Source of the DNA: Klebsormidium nitens
Lineage: Eukaryota > Plantae > Klebsormidiophyceae
Direction: 5' to 3'
Assembly: GCA_000708835.1 (NCBI GenBank)
Contig: DF237595.1
Span: 1 to 47,677, forward strand
DNA: 47,677 nt
Each line of letters starts with the position of its first letter. The stretch's first letter is position 1. Made by a program: the position numbers and the translations under genes. The notes under the pieces were generated by a model. That model made no database searches. It had not been told where the DNA came from and saw only the letters and a list, made by a program, of their open reading frames with translations. Below are positions 22,155 to 46,999 of the stretch, in pieces.

Positions 22155-25100
22155 CTATACCGAGCCCCACGAGCACATCCTGCCAATGGTGCTTGTTGTC
22201 GTCGACGCGCGAGACGCCAACTAGGATGGCGAGCAACATGGGGAAGAGGACCAGGATGGACTTGGACACGTGGCCCTCCTCGTCGAACAGCTTCAACTTC
22301 CCGGCGAGGTAGAGGGCCAGGTAGCCGAGGCCCACAGCGGAATCTGCAGAGCGGAACGCCGGAATTGAAGTCGGTCAGAAGGGATAGAAGAACAGGGCCA
22401 GATAGCCGAGGCCCACGGCGGAATCTGGAGACGGAACGGCAATGGACACTTCTCTTATAGCCCGTGCGCATCAAAGGGCATGGGGCGTACGATAATACAG
22501 TGGCAAAACATATGCCATGTTCACGAGGAAACGTACCTACAAACAACGCTAATGATCCGAAGCTAACCACTGCATCCAGTTATCGAGGGTTCATCAAATG
22601 ATTCGAGAGTGTAGGGCCGGGTAGCCGGGTCCCGGAACGCAATCCGGAACAACGGAACAGCGGAACGAGAATCAACTGAAAATCCGAGGGCAGGTAGCCA
22701 GGACCCAGGACGGACTTTTATATTTATTTGGCGGAACGGGGTTCAGTCAAAAGGTCTAGAGATGCAAGGCCAGGTAGCCGAGACCCACTCCATAGTTTCG
22801 AGGGAGGAAGGCGGGAAAAGGCAGGTCTCAAGAGTCTCAAACACAAAGGGTGGCTTAAACCTTGGGATTGGCGGCAGGCTAGGTTCTTTGGGCTTGAGCT
22901 AGGGGTGAGGATGGCGAGCGAGTGAAGATCGGAGGGGAGGAAGGCTGAACCTACTGATTTAGCTGGTTCTTACCGACCGCTTGATGTGAACGAGCACAGC
23001 AAAGCGACGGTCTCGTGTGATGTGCCAAAACCAATTGGATTTGCCGAGATTCTGCAGTCTGATTGTAGCACCAACTCAGGAGTGAACCTGTGGATTTTGC
23101 GGCAAGAGCCGAGCCTTTCTGCGCTGTCTCGACAAGATGCTGCAAGCTTTGAGGGTCCAGCCTTGGGTTAGTCATCTCCGGTCATACAGCTTCCGCGTTC
23201 GAAAAGGACTCACGCCGTGCTTCGAAAGAGGTAAGTTGGAACGAGTGATGTAGGCACCGCCAGCAAAGCCCATCCGAAGTCCTCCGAAAGCAAATACTTT
23301 CAGGGCAAGATCGACAATCCTTGAGTTCTGGCTTGAAGAAACAAGAGCGGAGGCGATTTTATGCAGTACAAAGTAAGGCAAAACATGTGGTTGCACGAAC
23401 TGGTGCCCAAAACTAGAGTGGTCCAGAGTACTGGCAACCGCGCAACTTCTCACAGCGCAATAGTCAGAAGGCTTCAAAAGGCTCACATGCTGCGTGCCCG
23501 CTCGGGAAGCTCTCGTGGCCCTGTTCGACGAGCGCACGCGCGCCTGTGCAAAGCACCTCCCCAGTTTGACTAAAGTCCTGCAGGAGAAACCGAAGCGCAA
23601 TCGATCGCCAGTTCCTGTCCTGCTGAAAGGTTCTTAGGGATAAGCCGCCAGACACCTTACATCTGAGCAGATTCACCAAAGCCCAATCAGACGGGAAAGC
23701 CCCGGGGTCTCAACAGGTAGTCGACAACGCTTCACATAAGCAGACGCACCAATCCGTTCGCAACGGAATAGCCCTAAGGTCCGATTCAAATGGAGTCAAA
23801 GTGGCGACAAGTCGTCCTTGACAAAAAGGACAGTATATCTCTCCAAGTACCTCAAATCCTCTAGATCCCTAGGTAGAGATATACCGGCACGATGGACTCC
23901 CACAGGAAAGAAGTGGGTCCGACTAGCAAAGCATCCACGACGTCAAACTCCTGCACATTTTACCTGTAGAAAGCCAACCACAATGACTGGAAGCGTGCAA
24001 AATACAGGTGGCAACTCAGAGCGGAACTCCGTTCTAGGTCAACATTCAAAGGAGGCAGCCGCCAGGAGATTATTGATGGGGCTTGGATCCTACCTCCTTT
24101 CCGTCTGGAAAGCACCTAGCTGCAAAGTCAGGCCTCGGCCTCCCCACAGAGGACTTGAGGGCGCTGACGATTACGTTGGTGAAGACCACCGCGGTGAAAA
24201 GACCTGCGTGGACACAGTATGTTCAGCTTCTCAGCCCCTCTTCAGTTTCAAGAAACCTTGGTCAGAAACCTTGGTTATTGTCGGGAACTCTTGAGCTGAT
24301 TCGAGTGGACCATCAGAATGACTTCGTCGTTCTTGTGAGGTAGAAAGCGAAACGGAAGATCGGATAAAAGACGAATCACTGCAGTCGACGTAGCGCAGAG
24401 CAGGGCTTTCTATCAACGACTGTTGCTTTGCAAGAACCACGTTAGACCCTTCACAATGAAGTATGTGTGATTGTCCACTATGCATTCATCCGTCTGCGAG
24501 CAAAGCTCGACTTTGATGAGCTCTCATGGCTACACAGACGGGATGGAGGCACAAAGAGCTTATACAACCCCCTGACTACTTAACGGCCTGTACAGCCAAG
24601 CAGTATGATTGCGAGGAAGCCAGCAGCTAGATTACGAGGAAACGGCAGGGTGCCAGAAACAGTCACAATGTCTCACCTAGCAAGCCATGGTGCATGTCCC
24701 TCTTGTTCCGCTGAAGAGCGAAGAAGATGAGGACAGCAACGCCTGGAATGACCGTCTGGATGATCTGAGATGCGAGGCAGCGCAACAATTTGGCTTGGCA
24801 GACTTTGAATGGTTGAAGCAAGATCACTCATCTTCTCAAACGAAATGCTGTTCCCAGTATCAAAAACAACAACAATGATTCCCACCAGAAGACCCTCCTC
24901 CCCAGTTTCCAAGAACACTAACGTGGAACAGGGGCCCTTTCCATTGTTCCTCTCAACGTTCAACAGCAATGTGTGGCTACGAGTCAATCCTTGAATGAAA
25001 ACCCAGATCTCTTCAGTTTGGAAACGCCTCTGCATCTTCCTTCTAATGTTGACGACAAAACAATTTGAAAGTCTACACTCTGCAGTTTGCCTTCAATGCA

Positions 25101-25580
25101 ACATGGTGTTCCTTCACCCCCAACGAACAGCAACCCCGACAGTACTGCCAAACACTGTAGGAAGCTGCGTTTCCCAAATTCAGCGGGAGAATTGACCATC
25201 TTGTGGAACTAGGGTCTTACCTGCAGGGCCCAGCCCGGCACGGTGTTCTTCCTGATTGGATACCGCAGCCATACCAGATGGTCTTTATCTACATAGCTTA
25301 TGAACGTGGGGGCCACTAAGAGCACAACTTTGAGCAGTAGTAAGGAGACGCATAAGGCCCAGTCTGGCCAGTGCAACCGAAGTAGGCCCAGGAGAGAAAG
25401 ATCAGAGGATTGGCTCTGGCGCCTTGGTCGAGAGGAGTTTGCGGATGGACGCATCGTGGGGGCGGACAGGGAGCGGAAGAAAGTCCCTGCAGAGGAAAGA
25501 GCGCAGACAGGTGGTTCGCTGCGGAGGTTGTCAAGGGCGGTAGCAAGTTTGATGATAACAGGTAAGAAATCATCAATCAT
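22155..25580 (-). CDS. Lipid phosphate phosphatase (PAP2/LPP family), multi-exon, 3' terminal exon not resolved
   Basis: Exons 25580-25221, 24764-24677, 24203-24094, 23577-23487, 22343-22155 with matching phases. Motifs: HWPDW, YPIRKNTVPGW, DMHHGLLG, C1 KSSVGRPRP, C2 SFPSGH, C3 SRVDDNKHHWQDVLVG. Confidence 0.9.
22380..22795 (-). repeat. Four degenerate copies of the LPP exon-5 start within the upstream intron
   Basis: Plus-strand agggccaggtagccgaggcccac (exon, 22313) recurs near 22394, 22613, 22686 and 22766. The first copy is 81 bp from the exon and keeps an intact CAG acceptor. Confidence 0.75.
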
Positions 25581-27411
25581 AACAACAACAACATGAGAAC
25601 ATTCGTGGAAAGAGAACTTGCTGAGTGCGTTTGTGGTTCTAAGTAGGTAGCAAAACTTGGCCCTTCTTACTTGCTTCTAGAACGATGCTGCCCAGGCAAG
25701 CGCACAACACTCTCAAGCATTTTGGTAGTCAGTGTCAATACTGCTTCGGGCCACATTGAAGCGCCAGCTCATAAGGATTGCAAGATGGGGATATTATGGA
25801 GGAATGCTGTGGTGGTGGTACACGTTAGGGCCTCCTAAGTCTCCAGAAGAACCCCAATTTTCAAACCCTTTTTCAAACTCAATCGTGTGATCACAGTATT
25901 ATAGTTGTTCGAATCGCAATCAAACTTGGTCTTCTCAAATTGGACATTGGGTCTATAAAGATCAACGCAGATGATTGGCTAAAACTGTTGCTACCAAAAG
26001 TTTGATCAGTTATATCCAAAAAGCATGACAACAGCGCCAGCCTTAGTGCAGATTGCTTTGCACTTTTGTACAGGGTTTTCGCTGAAAGGAACTTTGCAAA
26101 ATGTAGTTTTCCTTGGTGGATTAGAGTAAAAAAATCTTACTTGTTCTGGACTCATATCCACCCCCCGAAGAACCCCATTGCCGATCAGACTGAGGTGGTG
26201 CCATTTGCACCCCAAGAGATGACCGTGTAGCTGCTACTGAAGAGAATTCAATTAATAAAAGGCGAGCATTGCGGGGGCAGAAGGCATGCACTCTTCCTGG
26301 ATATCCTATACACGCGCTGCCAATCCTTCGAAAGACAACAACATTTGATGACTTGAGTTGCTCAAGGATTACGCAAGGTGGCTGGACTGAATAATTATGC
26401 TGCCAAAGGCGTCCACGGATCAGCTGCATGAGCAGAAATGACATTGAGATGTGCAGACTCTTGAAGTTGAAGTTGGGCCGAGGCCACAGACCCTGTAAAC
26501 TTAGGGTTTGTCTGCATTTTCCCGTTTCTTATAACTTATGTGTATATAAGCCATGAGCTCGGTCATCGGACGGTTTGGAAGATATCTTACCTTGATTCGA
26601 CGGATATCACGACTCCCTGCCCGTGCATACGAGTAGGGTCTTCCAGGAGTTCGCCTGCATTTATAAGCAAGGCGAATACACATACGCAGCTTTCATGTGC
26701 CGGAAAGTGGGGCGAATATAAAGGCAGTACCTGGGATCTCGAAAACTCTCATGAGGATCTAATGAGCGCCCAGGTACAAACTTCGGATGAAAAGTTTCGG
26801 ATGTACCCCTATAAATATCGAAGGTCTATCACCGAAGTCTGACTCATAGCAAAATCTGCAAATATTACTTCATATGACAATGTATCCGGGCCCTCATGAG
26901 GAAGGAGGTGCAGACACGAGTCAGACAGCAGCACAAATGCTCGATCAAGATCTTGCAAGTGCAAGGAGTGGCAAGGGAGGGTGGTGCACTAGCATGGTGA
27001 ATTCCTTGTGTCCATAAGGGCCAAAGAGAAGAGCAGCTTTACCGGCTCGTGTAGGATCTTACAGGCTCTGGTGCCAGCTGTTTGGGTTAGGAAGCGCACG
27101 CTATATTGTCAAAATGCAAGCACAGCAGCTGTTGCTATGAAGTAGCTGGCGGTCACTCGGCCTTAACAGTGTAGGGTTACATAGAGCATTTGGTGGGCGA
27201 GGTTGATGAGCCAGATTATTGATAGGTGGTACTTTGAGGTGCCACCACACCTTGAAAGAGTGCATTTGGCTTGTTCAAGTTGTTGATCGTGCAGCTTTTG
27301 AACGTGGATAGGGGCTGTCGGATCAAGAAGAAAGCAGTGCGGCGATCAGTTTTGAACAGCCTTGTCAGGGACGCTCTGAAAGGTTGATGTGTTCTGATAG
27401 CCGCAAGCAAG

Positions 27412-40893
<13,482 letters not shown>

Positions 40894-41450
40894 GGACACC
40901 AATAGTGCAAGCAAGAGGACTGCTTGGCTGTTTACGCTTGGCGGGCATGGAGATTTGCGGTTCCACCTTTCAAAAGCTTTCCAGGATTACCTTCTTTCCA
41001 ATATAAGTCGAAGCTCTTTGCCAAGACTTTGACGATGCATGGAGCATCCGCTTGTGATCCTCTACTGAACTTTGCGACATTGGGACAGTGACATGGCTTG
41101 CCAATCCCGCCGCGTTGCATTAACGACCTGATGTCCATTCCGATGCCAGGCTGCCGATTACAATGTCCGATAAACGACCGTGTAATGATGCCTGAGTGCC
41201 AGTTGATCGACCGTCCCATCGCGACCGTAACTAGTAAGATTCAAGAGACCGGGCCATCAGAGTCAGGCTGGCGTGAGGCCGCCTCTGCTCTGAGGCTTGT
41301 CAATCTGTCGCGGACCCTGAGTCCGGTCCATGCCGGCCGCCCGGCCCGGCCTGTGCATGGGTCAGGTGCATCCGATCAGCTAGCTCATTACCAAGATCTG
41401 ACCATGATCGGTTTGCGGCATAATTAACAAATTGGTGTTCGCAGCTTGCC

Positions 41451-41470
41451 ATACATACATACATACATAC
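41451..41470 (+). repeat. (ATAC)5 microsatellite
   Basis: atacatacatacatacatac. Confidence 0.9.
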
Positions 41471-42446
41471 TTCTTTTATATAAGGCCGTAGCGGTTAAGC
41501 CATGGACCTGGAACGCTGAAAACGATGTTCGATGAGTCCGGGCCTTGAATTCGACGAGCTATCTACTTGAAGACCTACATCCCTATTGCTACACTGCTAT
41601 TTTACCATCGGCCTTGCAGCCATTTTATTATCGATGTCTTCTAGTTAGCGAAACCATGGTCCGATAACAGCATCTCTATATGGAGAGATAAACTTGAGAA
41701 CGTTCCTTAGTCTACAAGATACTTACGTGATAGGAAAGTATTTGCACTTAAGCTTTGCATTAAGAGCGAGTTTAGTGCAGAGTTAGTAAATAGAGACATT
41801 CGTCGACTTAGCCGACCACGGCTCCGAACCGACGTTAAATCAACTAAATCTAAATCTAATATGTTGGCAAAGGTTCCATGTGTCAGTGCAATATATCGGT
41901 AGCTTCGAGTACTACAGAAATTGGCCGGGCTGGAGCGCGGCGGTGCGGGACCTACTACGTACTAAAATCGTTTGGATACCGGTATTTCTGCTGATCGGTC
42001 GATACTATGATATAATTAGATTACAGAACTCGAAGCATTGTATATAGAGCTATTGATCTATGCGCACCGTCAAAATGCACGAACCCTGATAGAACGCTTA
42101 AGTTGCAAGCCGGGCCTCCCTCTATCATGTGCATGAGGATTCTCGAGGCCAGGATGCTGAGTAAATTTGCACACGATGAGCAAAGCCGGGTCGGTTCTGT
42201 ACTTTGTACGTGGCGGCTAGTAGCAATTCATGTTTGTACGTCAATCTGCTATTTAACGAGTGAGTATATCTAATTACCTCGTGTCATTCGCAATCCTGAT
42301 CTGCTGTAGTCTCATCAACTGACACGAGTCTTTCTCTCGCATCTTGACAAATATATTGTCATCGTGGTTGTACCGTCGTATATGTACACAGTTATTTCTC
42401 GGTTAGTAGCCTGACCCATTCCTGAGAGGTGCAAAACTTGTTCACT

Positions 42447-43286
42447 CTACACGGAATGCGCGTAACTCTTGCACAGGGCATCCAAGAACGCGCAGAAGCC
42501 CCTGAAAAAGTCCTCCGCGCCCGCGCGCACGCGCTGAACTGCGCGCCCGTCCAGCTCCTTCAGCGAGCGGCACATTGCCAGCACCTCGCCCTCGTGCTCC
42601 ACCTCTAGTTCAGCGTGCAGGCGGATCCACCGGAGCTCGTTCGGGGACAGGTGGAGGGAGCCGTTCGCCACGTGGCGATTGATGGCCTGCAAAACGAGAG
42701 AACATGGCTTGTGTTAGACGAATCAACGCAAGCTGAGGCCGAGATGGTCAAAACTTTTGATGCATCCTGCACAATGCTCCTAGATTTCATGCGTTGGCTC
42801 TGAAGGTCTATTCGAATTGCGGTTCGTGAAGGAACGGTGCATCAGTTCGACACGATGCCCGTTCAAACTTGATGCGCCAGTGACCATTGGAAGCTCGGCC
42901 GAAAGCATCGACCGAAGCCTATTAAGAAGCGCTGCCCTCTAGTCGAGGCCGCCCGCTTGACCCACGTTAACCGGAACCGTAACCCACCCCGAGGAGCGCG
43001 ATGTCAAAGTGCTTTGCCAAAGCCTCAGCGACCATGAACGCCCCCAGCATCCGCAGGTTGTCCGGGTTTAGATAACCCTGGTCGAAAACTTTCTTCAAAG
43101 TGTGAGCCGGAGAACCCGGCGCAGTCAGGACGTCCTGGGGAACAAGCTCCCCAAGCTCCCGGTTAAGCCCGTTAACCATTGTTTTCAGGAGGTTAGCGTG
43201 GCCGTCCTCTGCCCATCTGCCGTTTCCCAACTCGTCGTTCAGCTGACTGATGATGGTGGAACGGATCTCGTCATTCGGCGCGTGAA
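42447..43286 (-). CDS. Heme-oxygenase-like diiron oxidase (HDO / iron-containing redox enzyme fold), 3' two exons; 5' exon uncertain
   Basis: Exons 43286-42988 and 42686-42447 join in phase 0: HAPNDEIRSTIISQLNDELGNGRWAEDGHANLL...LGAFMVAEALAKHFDIALLG-AINRHVANGSLHLSPNELRWIRLHAELEVEHEGEV...FLDALCKSYAHSV*. The pattern DExGxG...H, E, HX3EX2H matches HDO ligand spacing. A candidate first exon at 43605-43500 would give a 214-aa protein. Confidence 0.75.
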
Positions 43287-43712
43287 CTACAGAGGCATAA
43301 ACAAGAGTCGCAAGTCAGCTAAGTTGCGAGTCGGGACCGCGCAAGGCTGAGAACACTCTAGTCAGCGTTTGCCAGCCAAGAGTCGCCCTTTGCTGCGAAC
43401 TGCACGTGACAATCAACGGTGGGGAATCAGGCGGGGAAGAGTGCTTGGCAGTTGCTTGGGGTGCGTGGGAATCGGGGTACGACAGTGGGTTTTGAGCACC
43501 CAGGCTTTTGAGCACCCAGGCTGAATAACCCACGGTTTGTTCGTAGTGGGAGATTGGAGAAAAGCAGGGTTGGCTTTGAGCCCGCTTTGAGGGATTGATT
43601 GCCATATTCTGAGATCGTCACGTAAAGTGAGCATGAATGGCCAGCAGAAAAATGAGGCAGGGCCTGGGATTCTCTGCTGGCTAAACAATTATACTTTGTT
43701 ACTCTGAGACAT

Positions 43713-43757
43713 GCTGGACTAGCTGGACTAGCTGGACATGCTGGACTAGCTGGACTC
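43713..43757 (+). repeat. Minisatellite, 5 x 9 bp (GCTGGACTA consensus)
   Basis: gctggacta gctggacta gctggacat gctggacta gctggactc. Confidence 0.9.
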
Positions 43758-45599
43758 AAATGCGTTCAAAGAAAGTTCGGAAACGAAACCAAGTTCACAT
43801 ACAGTACATGCACCCACAGGATGACTTAAACATCTTTTTGCTTACATTGTTCAGTATCATCGATACTGGACGAAAAAAGCTTACCAGCGCCAAAAGCAAG
43901 ATAGGATGGGAAGCAGCACGTGCTATGCTCGAGGCTACGCACAAGGAGCGCTACCATCTGGGGGCTATCGCAGGCGCCAAACACGGGGTGCTGTGCAACG
44001 CTAGCAGGAAGGAGCTCAATGTCATGTGCCAGCGACTCTGCGAAGCTGGGCTGCTTGACAACAAAGGCCGGGCTAAGGCTCTGCAGAAGTCCGGGAAGAG
44101 CCAAGTGAGACGATCAAGGAAAGAGGTTCCGAATCGAACAGATGAAGGAGAGGTTGAGAGTGATCAGTCAGTCAACTAAAGGTACTCCCATTTTTCGTAC
44201 TGGCACTGGTCAGATAGTCTGGTGAGACTTTTGCCTGACGGTCCACAACTTCCCACCCTAAAAAGGCCTTTACAGTCCTTTAAAGTCCTCTCAAGCCCCT
44301 TATCAGTGAACTATCATCCGAGCAGCAACGGGGGGCATGTTCATTTATAAATTCCCCTCTTCAAATGCCGATTCATGCCGATAAATATAAACAGGGCATC
44401 TGCAGGAAGATCCTTCAATTTCGGACTTATTCCGAAAGCAAGTCTGTAGAACGAGAGCAAACTGAACCAGCATATATGGGTTGCACATGGAGAGTTTCTC
44501 CTGTTCCCTAATGGCCTCAAGCCCTGGCCCCCTCTTTATATGAGCATAGCAGAATTAGACTGTATTCGGCCTCATCAGCAAAGTAATAGATCGAGGTAAC
44601 TCTTTTTCTAGAATTAAGATGTGTGCAGTTTGCCAGCTGTTAATGATGACATGCTTAAGCAAGATGGAAGAGTACTTGGCCGTCCATGTAACGATAACAA
44701 CTCCAGCCATCGATAGGGTTACGGTAGCCAACTTCAGCACCTAATAAGAACAGCTCTGTACCAAGCTGGCTGCTCATTCACCCGATTGAAACGCAGTCCC
44801 TCCAGTGGTGCAGTCAAATCAGAACAAACAAGCAGGGCACAAGTACTACTTCATTTGTTGGCGTGTAGTACGCGAAGTGGTGCATGGCTGTAGCTTGCAA
44901 GATCGTTGAGAGGCTCTTACCCATTTCTCTGCCACCATTGGAGCTGGTTTACTGTTGATGGTCGTAGCTCGAACGGGATGCCCAACACGAGTGCTGGGCT
45001 GCCTGCATTGCCTCCGTACTCCTTCCTTGCAAACAGAGCCCGACGCAGGTGAAACTTGACAACTGTACTTGTGAAGAGCTATAAGTGAAGGAGCCAGTAC
45101 CAAACCGGAGAGAGCATGCCTGTTCTTCTCCGCTGCTGGTATAGAAAGGGTGGAACCTGAGGTACTTGACTGCGGCCTGCTGAGATGCCCCGCAGACCTG
45201 AGTAGTGCCATGCTGAGCTGAACGAGCTGGAAAGACACGACGTGAGCTGCTGAAAGTATTCAAGTGGCAATCAAATCGATATAAGTGCTGCAATGCTCTT
45301 CTGGGAACCTGATAAAGGGGAATCTTGTTGTTGATGAGCCTGAGCTCGCGACGGTCGCAAAGGTGGTGCAGAGGCGGCCTGCACGCCGAGCCGAAAAGTC
45401 ACTTCTGACCTCTTGCCTCCGGTGCCCTGCCTGGCGCTCTTCATTAAATTCGTCTTCTAGGACATCACCAGCGGTATGCTCAAACAATTGCAAAGTGTCG
45501 CTTTCTCGTTCTGAAGTGGCCATGCTGCTCAAGGCTATTACAAGTGCGCATCGCTGCAACTTTCGAGCAATATTGCTGACAGTTTTCAGCTGTCAGGTA

Positions 45600-45749
45600 G
45601 GACTACCCTGCTAGGTTCGAATGTACCTAGTATATAGCTGGTTGTCCACAGGGTTTGACTCGATCTTAGGAGTCAGGACTACCCTGCTAGGTTCAAATTT
45701 CAAAACCAACACCAGGTAGCTGGTTGTCCACAGGGTTTGACTCGATCTT
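45600..45749 (+). repeat. Two-copy tandem duplication with a variable core
   Basis: ggactaccctgctaggttc...tagctggttgtccacagggtttgactcgatctt at 45600-45667 and 45676-45749. Confidence 0.85.
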
Positions 45750-46213
45750 CAGACTTGACCACTCGAAACTTCTGAACGCGGCCCGGGGGTAGTAGACAGG
45801 ATCAGAGCTGGCCACGTGAGCAAGGTGCATGATGCAATTAAAGTGGGCGTGGGACCCGCGGGTCCCAAATTGACCGAATCTGATCGGACGCTGCAGATCC
45901 CATCGGCTCAATCGATCGGACCTCCATCGGACGGTATCGATGAGCTGTGACATAAGCAAGCGTCAGCGTACCGCATATATCTGGTACGGTACTTCTAGAG
46001 TTAGAGGTACCGCCAGAAAACCATGACGTCATGAAAGACTATGCCCGGTACACTGCAAATAGGGTACAACATACGCCGTCAGATGAGCCCAAGTTCTAGT
46101 GACACAATATTTGACCGTTAGATCGCGTTTCTCGGGCCAAATCACTTGCCCGGTATGCCCCCAAAAGCCTGCCCTAATAGCTTGGTGTTGCAACAAGGAA
46201 GAAGAAAACCTCG

Positions 46214-46303
46214 AAAAAGTTGGACCTCTGCGAATCGAACTCAGGACCTCGGCCGATTCAGCCGAGCTCAGGCGAGCGCGCTATCCACTTGAGCTACTGT
46301 GAC
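46214..46303 (-). ncRNA. tRNA-derived element (pseudo-tRNA or SINE head)
   Basis: Minus strand: TAGCTCAAGTGGATAG (A box/D arm), GAGTTCGATTC (B box/T loop), then TTTTT. The acceptor stem does not pair and the anticodon arm is non-canonical. Confidence 0.55.
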
Positions 46304-46919
46304 TTGGCCGACTCCTGCTTTAGGCTGGCAAGTTGGGGTTTTATACCCTGACGCCCCGTCGTACGTTACTCGGACCCGCCTTAATTACCTCAAGTCACGA
46401 GTCACGAGTCCCAGGGGTTCTAGCAATTTGTTTCCGGCCGTGCAGCTGAGAGCCCCGAGCCGATGACTCTGCCCGGGCTTTTCCCCCCTTACGCTGCAAA
46501 CCATTTACGGCCTGCTATTCTCAAGCTGCGGCTGACATTGATATTTGGGCGTTTCCGCACCATATGACCGATATCAAACCGTATACGACGTTGATGATGC
46601 TACATCGAGGGTCCATCCGACTCCAGGTTTCCTTCAAGCTCCCAAGGAAAATGTCTGCGTCGAAGCATTTTAATCTTTACAAAAGATCCAAACCGTTCAA
46701 AATATTCCATCGACCGCCACACACGAAAATATAGTTGCCGAAGTGATTCAAGGGGGTTGAGGTTTTGTAGAGCCGGGCCGGGTCGGAGTAGTCTAATATA
46801 GCCGGACAAACGTGCCCTGAATATATCTACTCGAATCAGGTGTTCCGAGACTCTTGAGTAGGATCGACGGAGAGTGCCCGGCCAGCGGAACAACTGGCCG
46901 GAACAAGGGCACCGGGCCT

Positions 46920-46999
46920 GCACGGCAATCTGCACGGCGGGCTTCGCCCGGCCGTGCAGAGATTCCCCCGGCCGTGCTATGCACGGCGATCTGCACGGC
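46920..46999. repeat. GCACGGC motif array (six copies in mixed orientation) with a GC-rich hairpin
   Basis: Plus copies at 46920, 46932, 46981, 46993 and minus copies at 46951, 46971. Hairpin tgcacggc-gggc-ttc-gccc-g-gccgtgca at 46931-46958. Confidence 0.7.

Noticed and set aside
41484-41540. Second tRNA-like remnant (ggccgtagcggttaagccatggac...gttcga)
   Set aside because: Only partial A-box and B-box resemblance, with no stems that can be folded.
45600-45749. CRISPR-like array
   Set aside because: There are only two units, the context is eukaryotic, and no cas genes are present.
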